Assembly (NCBI GenBank): GCA_010405405.1
Contig: MU004239.1
Coordinates: forward strand, 1,116,001 to 1,180,000
Direction of reading: 5' to 3'
From: Microthyrium microscopicum
Lineage: Eukaryota
DNA: 64,000 bases
In this document: one piece after another, positions 62,637 to 64,000 of the stretch
Layout: every line of letters starts with the position of its first letter
Numbering within the stretch: position 1 is the first letter of the stretch
Notes under the pieces: model-generated
The model's database searches: none
The model's input: the letters and a program-made list of their open reading frames with translations, nothing else
Told to the model about the DNA's origin: nothing
Translations under genes and position numbers: made by a program

Positions 62637-63674
62637 TATCACCATACTGCTATCAGTAACCACGTCAGCTCCGCGACCGTGACATGAACAGTGTTCTTTT
62701 GAGTCACTATGTTCTCCTGAGTATATCTCAATCCTGGGCTTGTGATGTGAGACCACAAGATCATGATAGTTTCAGTCTTTCAGATCTTGATTCTTGACAT
62801 CGTTCAGGATTACGCCGACTGATATTGATGTTGCTTAGGATCACACTGCCACGTATGAAGGAATTGCGGATGCGGACCTGATTTTCCAAGACTTTTCAAC
62901 TTTTCAAGAGCAAAATTAGTGGTAATCAAAAAAATTTCAAGGCTACCTGAATCTTGAGCTGCTTTCATTAAATGTTACGTCTTCAAGTGCGGATACTAGC
63001 TTCCAGGAACGCCGTGTATGTTCTTGCATAGTCTCACGCACTAGGTCTGTGGATGCTCGGTCTTTTGCTCTATCAAGACGGAATCGTTTTATAGATTAAA
63101 AGGCTATAACTCTCTTCACAAGCCAATGTACAAGCATCCCTTCAGATGGAAGAGGCACAGAAGTTTGCTGCGCAAGTGGGATGTGAAAATTCCATCCTGC
63201 GCATCCTAAAGTGACCATTGGCTGGTAATAAGATGCACCGACTTTTGATCCTTTGCAGTGATGTGGATTATTATCTGGAGAGATATCTCTAGGTTGCTAG
63301 ATAAAGAATGCGTTTTCCAGCGGCGAGAATGGCTCGGAACTAAAATTGACTCTTGAAGCCTACACTCGCCGCCCAATATTGACAATTATCGTCATAATCA
63401 TGGTAGTATTGTTGCCATCATGTCTGCCGTTTTGATCCTGGCGAATCCAAAAATCCCCAAAGCTTGGTATTAGGCAGAATGCAAGAAGTGACAACTTGGA
63501 GAAAAGACTTTCCATATGCGTAGACATATACGCTTCAACCTTGAGATGGAATCCAGAGGCAAGCTCATCTAAAGCCATTGAGAATGGTCTTGAAAAGTAA
63601 CCGAACCGCCAGCAGGTTCAGTGCTTCATTATATCCATCACCTTAGAAACGATAGCAGAATAGCGTAACTCAAA

Positions 63675-64000
63675 ATGCTATTTTCTTCTAAACTCTTTTT
63701 ATCTTTGCTCTTGCCAGTCTCGAACTTGGCCCAGAATTGTAAATATCTCATCAACTCAATTTATCTCGTTTTCTTGGTCCGCTAACATCCTTCCAGTCTC
63801 ACCGCCAGGAACAGCTACACCTGCGGCAGCGGATGACTTCAACTTGACTGCCTTTTACTCGCAGTATGCCAACGCAGCTTATTGCAGGCAAAATACTCAG
63901 CTGGCTCCAAGGGCAGAAACATCTCTTGTCCTAACGGACAATGCAACGATGCTCAGAGTGCTATCATTCTAGATACGTTTGACAAGTACGAAGCCAGTAT
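63675..64000 (+). pseudogene. Secreted class-3 lipase 5' end (runs off the window) with an apparent 1-nt frameshift near 63895-63902
   Basis: Signal peptide, an intron, then FYSQYANAAYCRQN. The expected G..ISC..G.C...A.I...F segment is in another frame, and the original frame stops at ~63970. Confidence 0.6.

Overview
Intron-rich filamentous ascomycete genomic DNA (GT-AG introns with CTRAY branch points). I found no rRNA, tRNA or CRISPR array. Intact housekeeping genes (eRF1/SUP45, THO2, DYS1, SIZ1/PIAS, EPL1, a PHO84-type transporter) are interleaved with accessory genes. These include a fungal-specific transcription factor, a DHA2 MFS transporter, an O-methyltransferase-fold protein, a secreted SBP56-like propeller, a bicupin oxalate enzyme, a tyrosinase, an FAD monooxygenase, a lipase, a MATH-pseudoUSP-MORN-RING protein and small membrane/GPI proteins. 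There are also HET and Ty3/Gypsy RT relics. Main hunt results: (1) a complete readthrough/3'UTR-intron NMD autoregulatory architecture on eRF1; (2) a 16-bp palindromic motif (CCATC-N6-GATGG) repeated inside several long introns of two unrelated genes; (3) long hairpins in most of the longer introns, including a ~150-nt one in the MATH/USP gene; (4) enzymes with rewired catalytic residues; (5) six accessory genes that each carry a single stop or frameshift lesion while the long core genes are clean. All gene models were read by eye, and product names rest on recalled family motifs rather than database searches.
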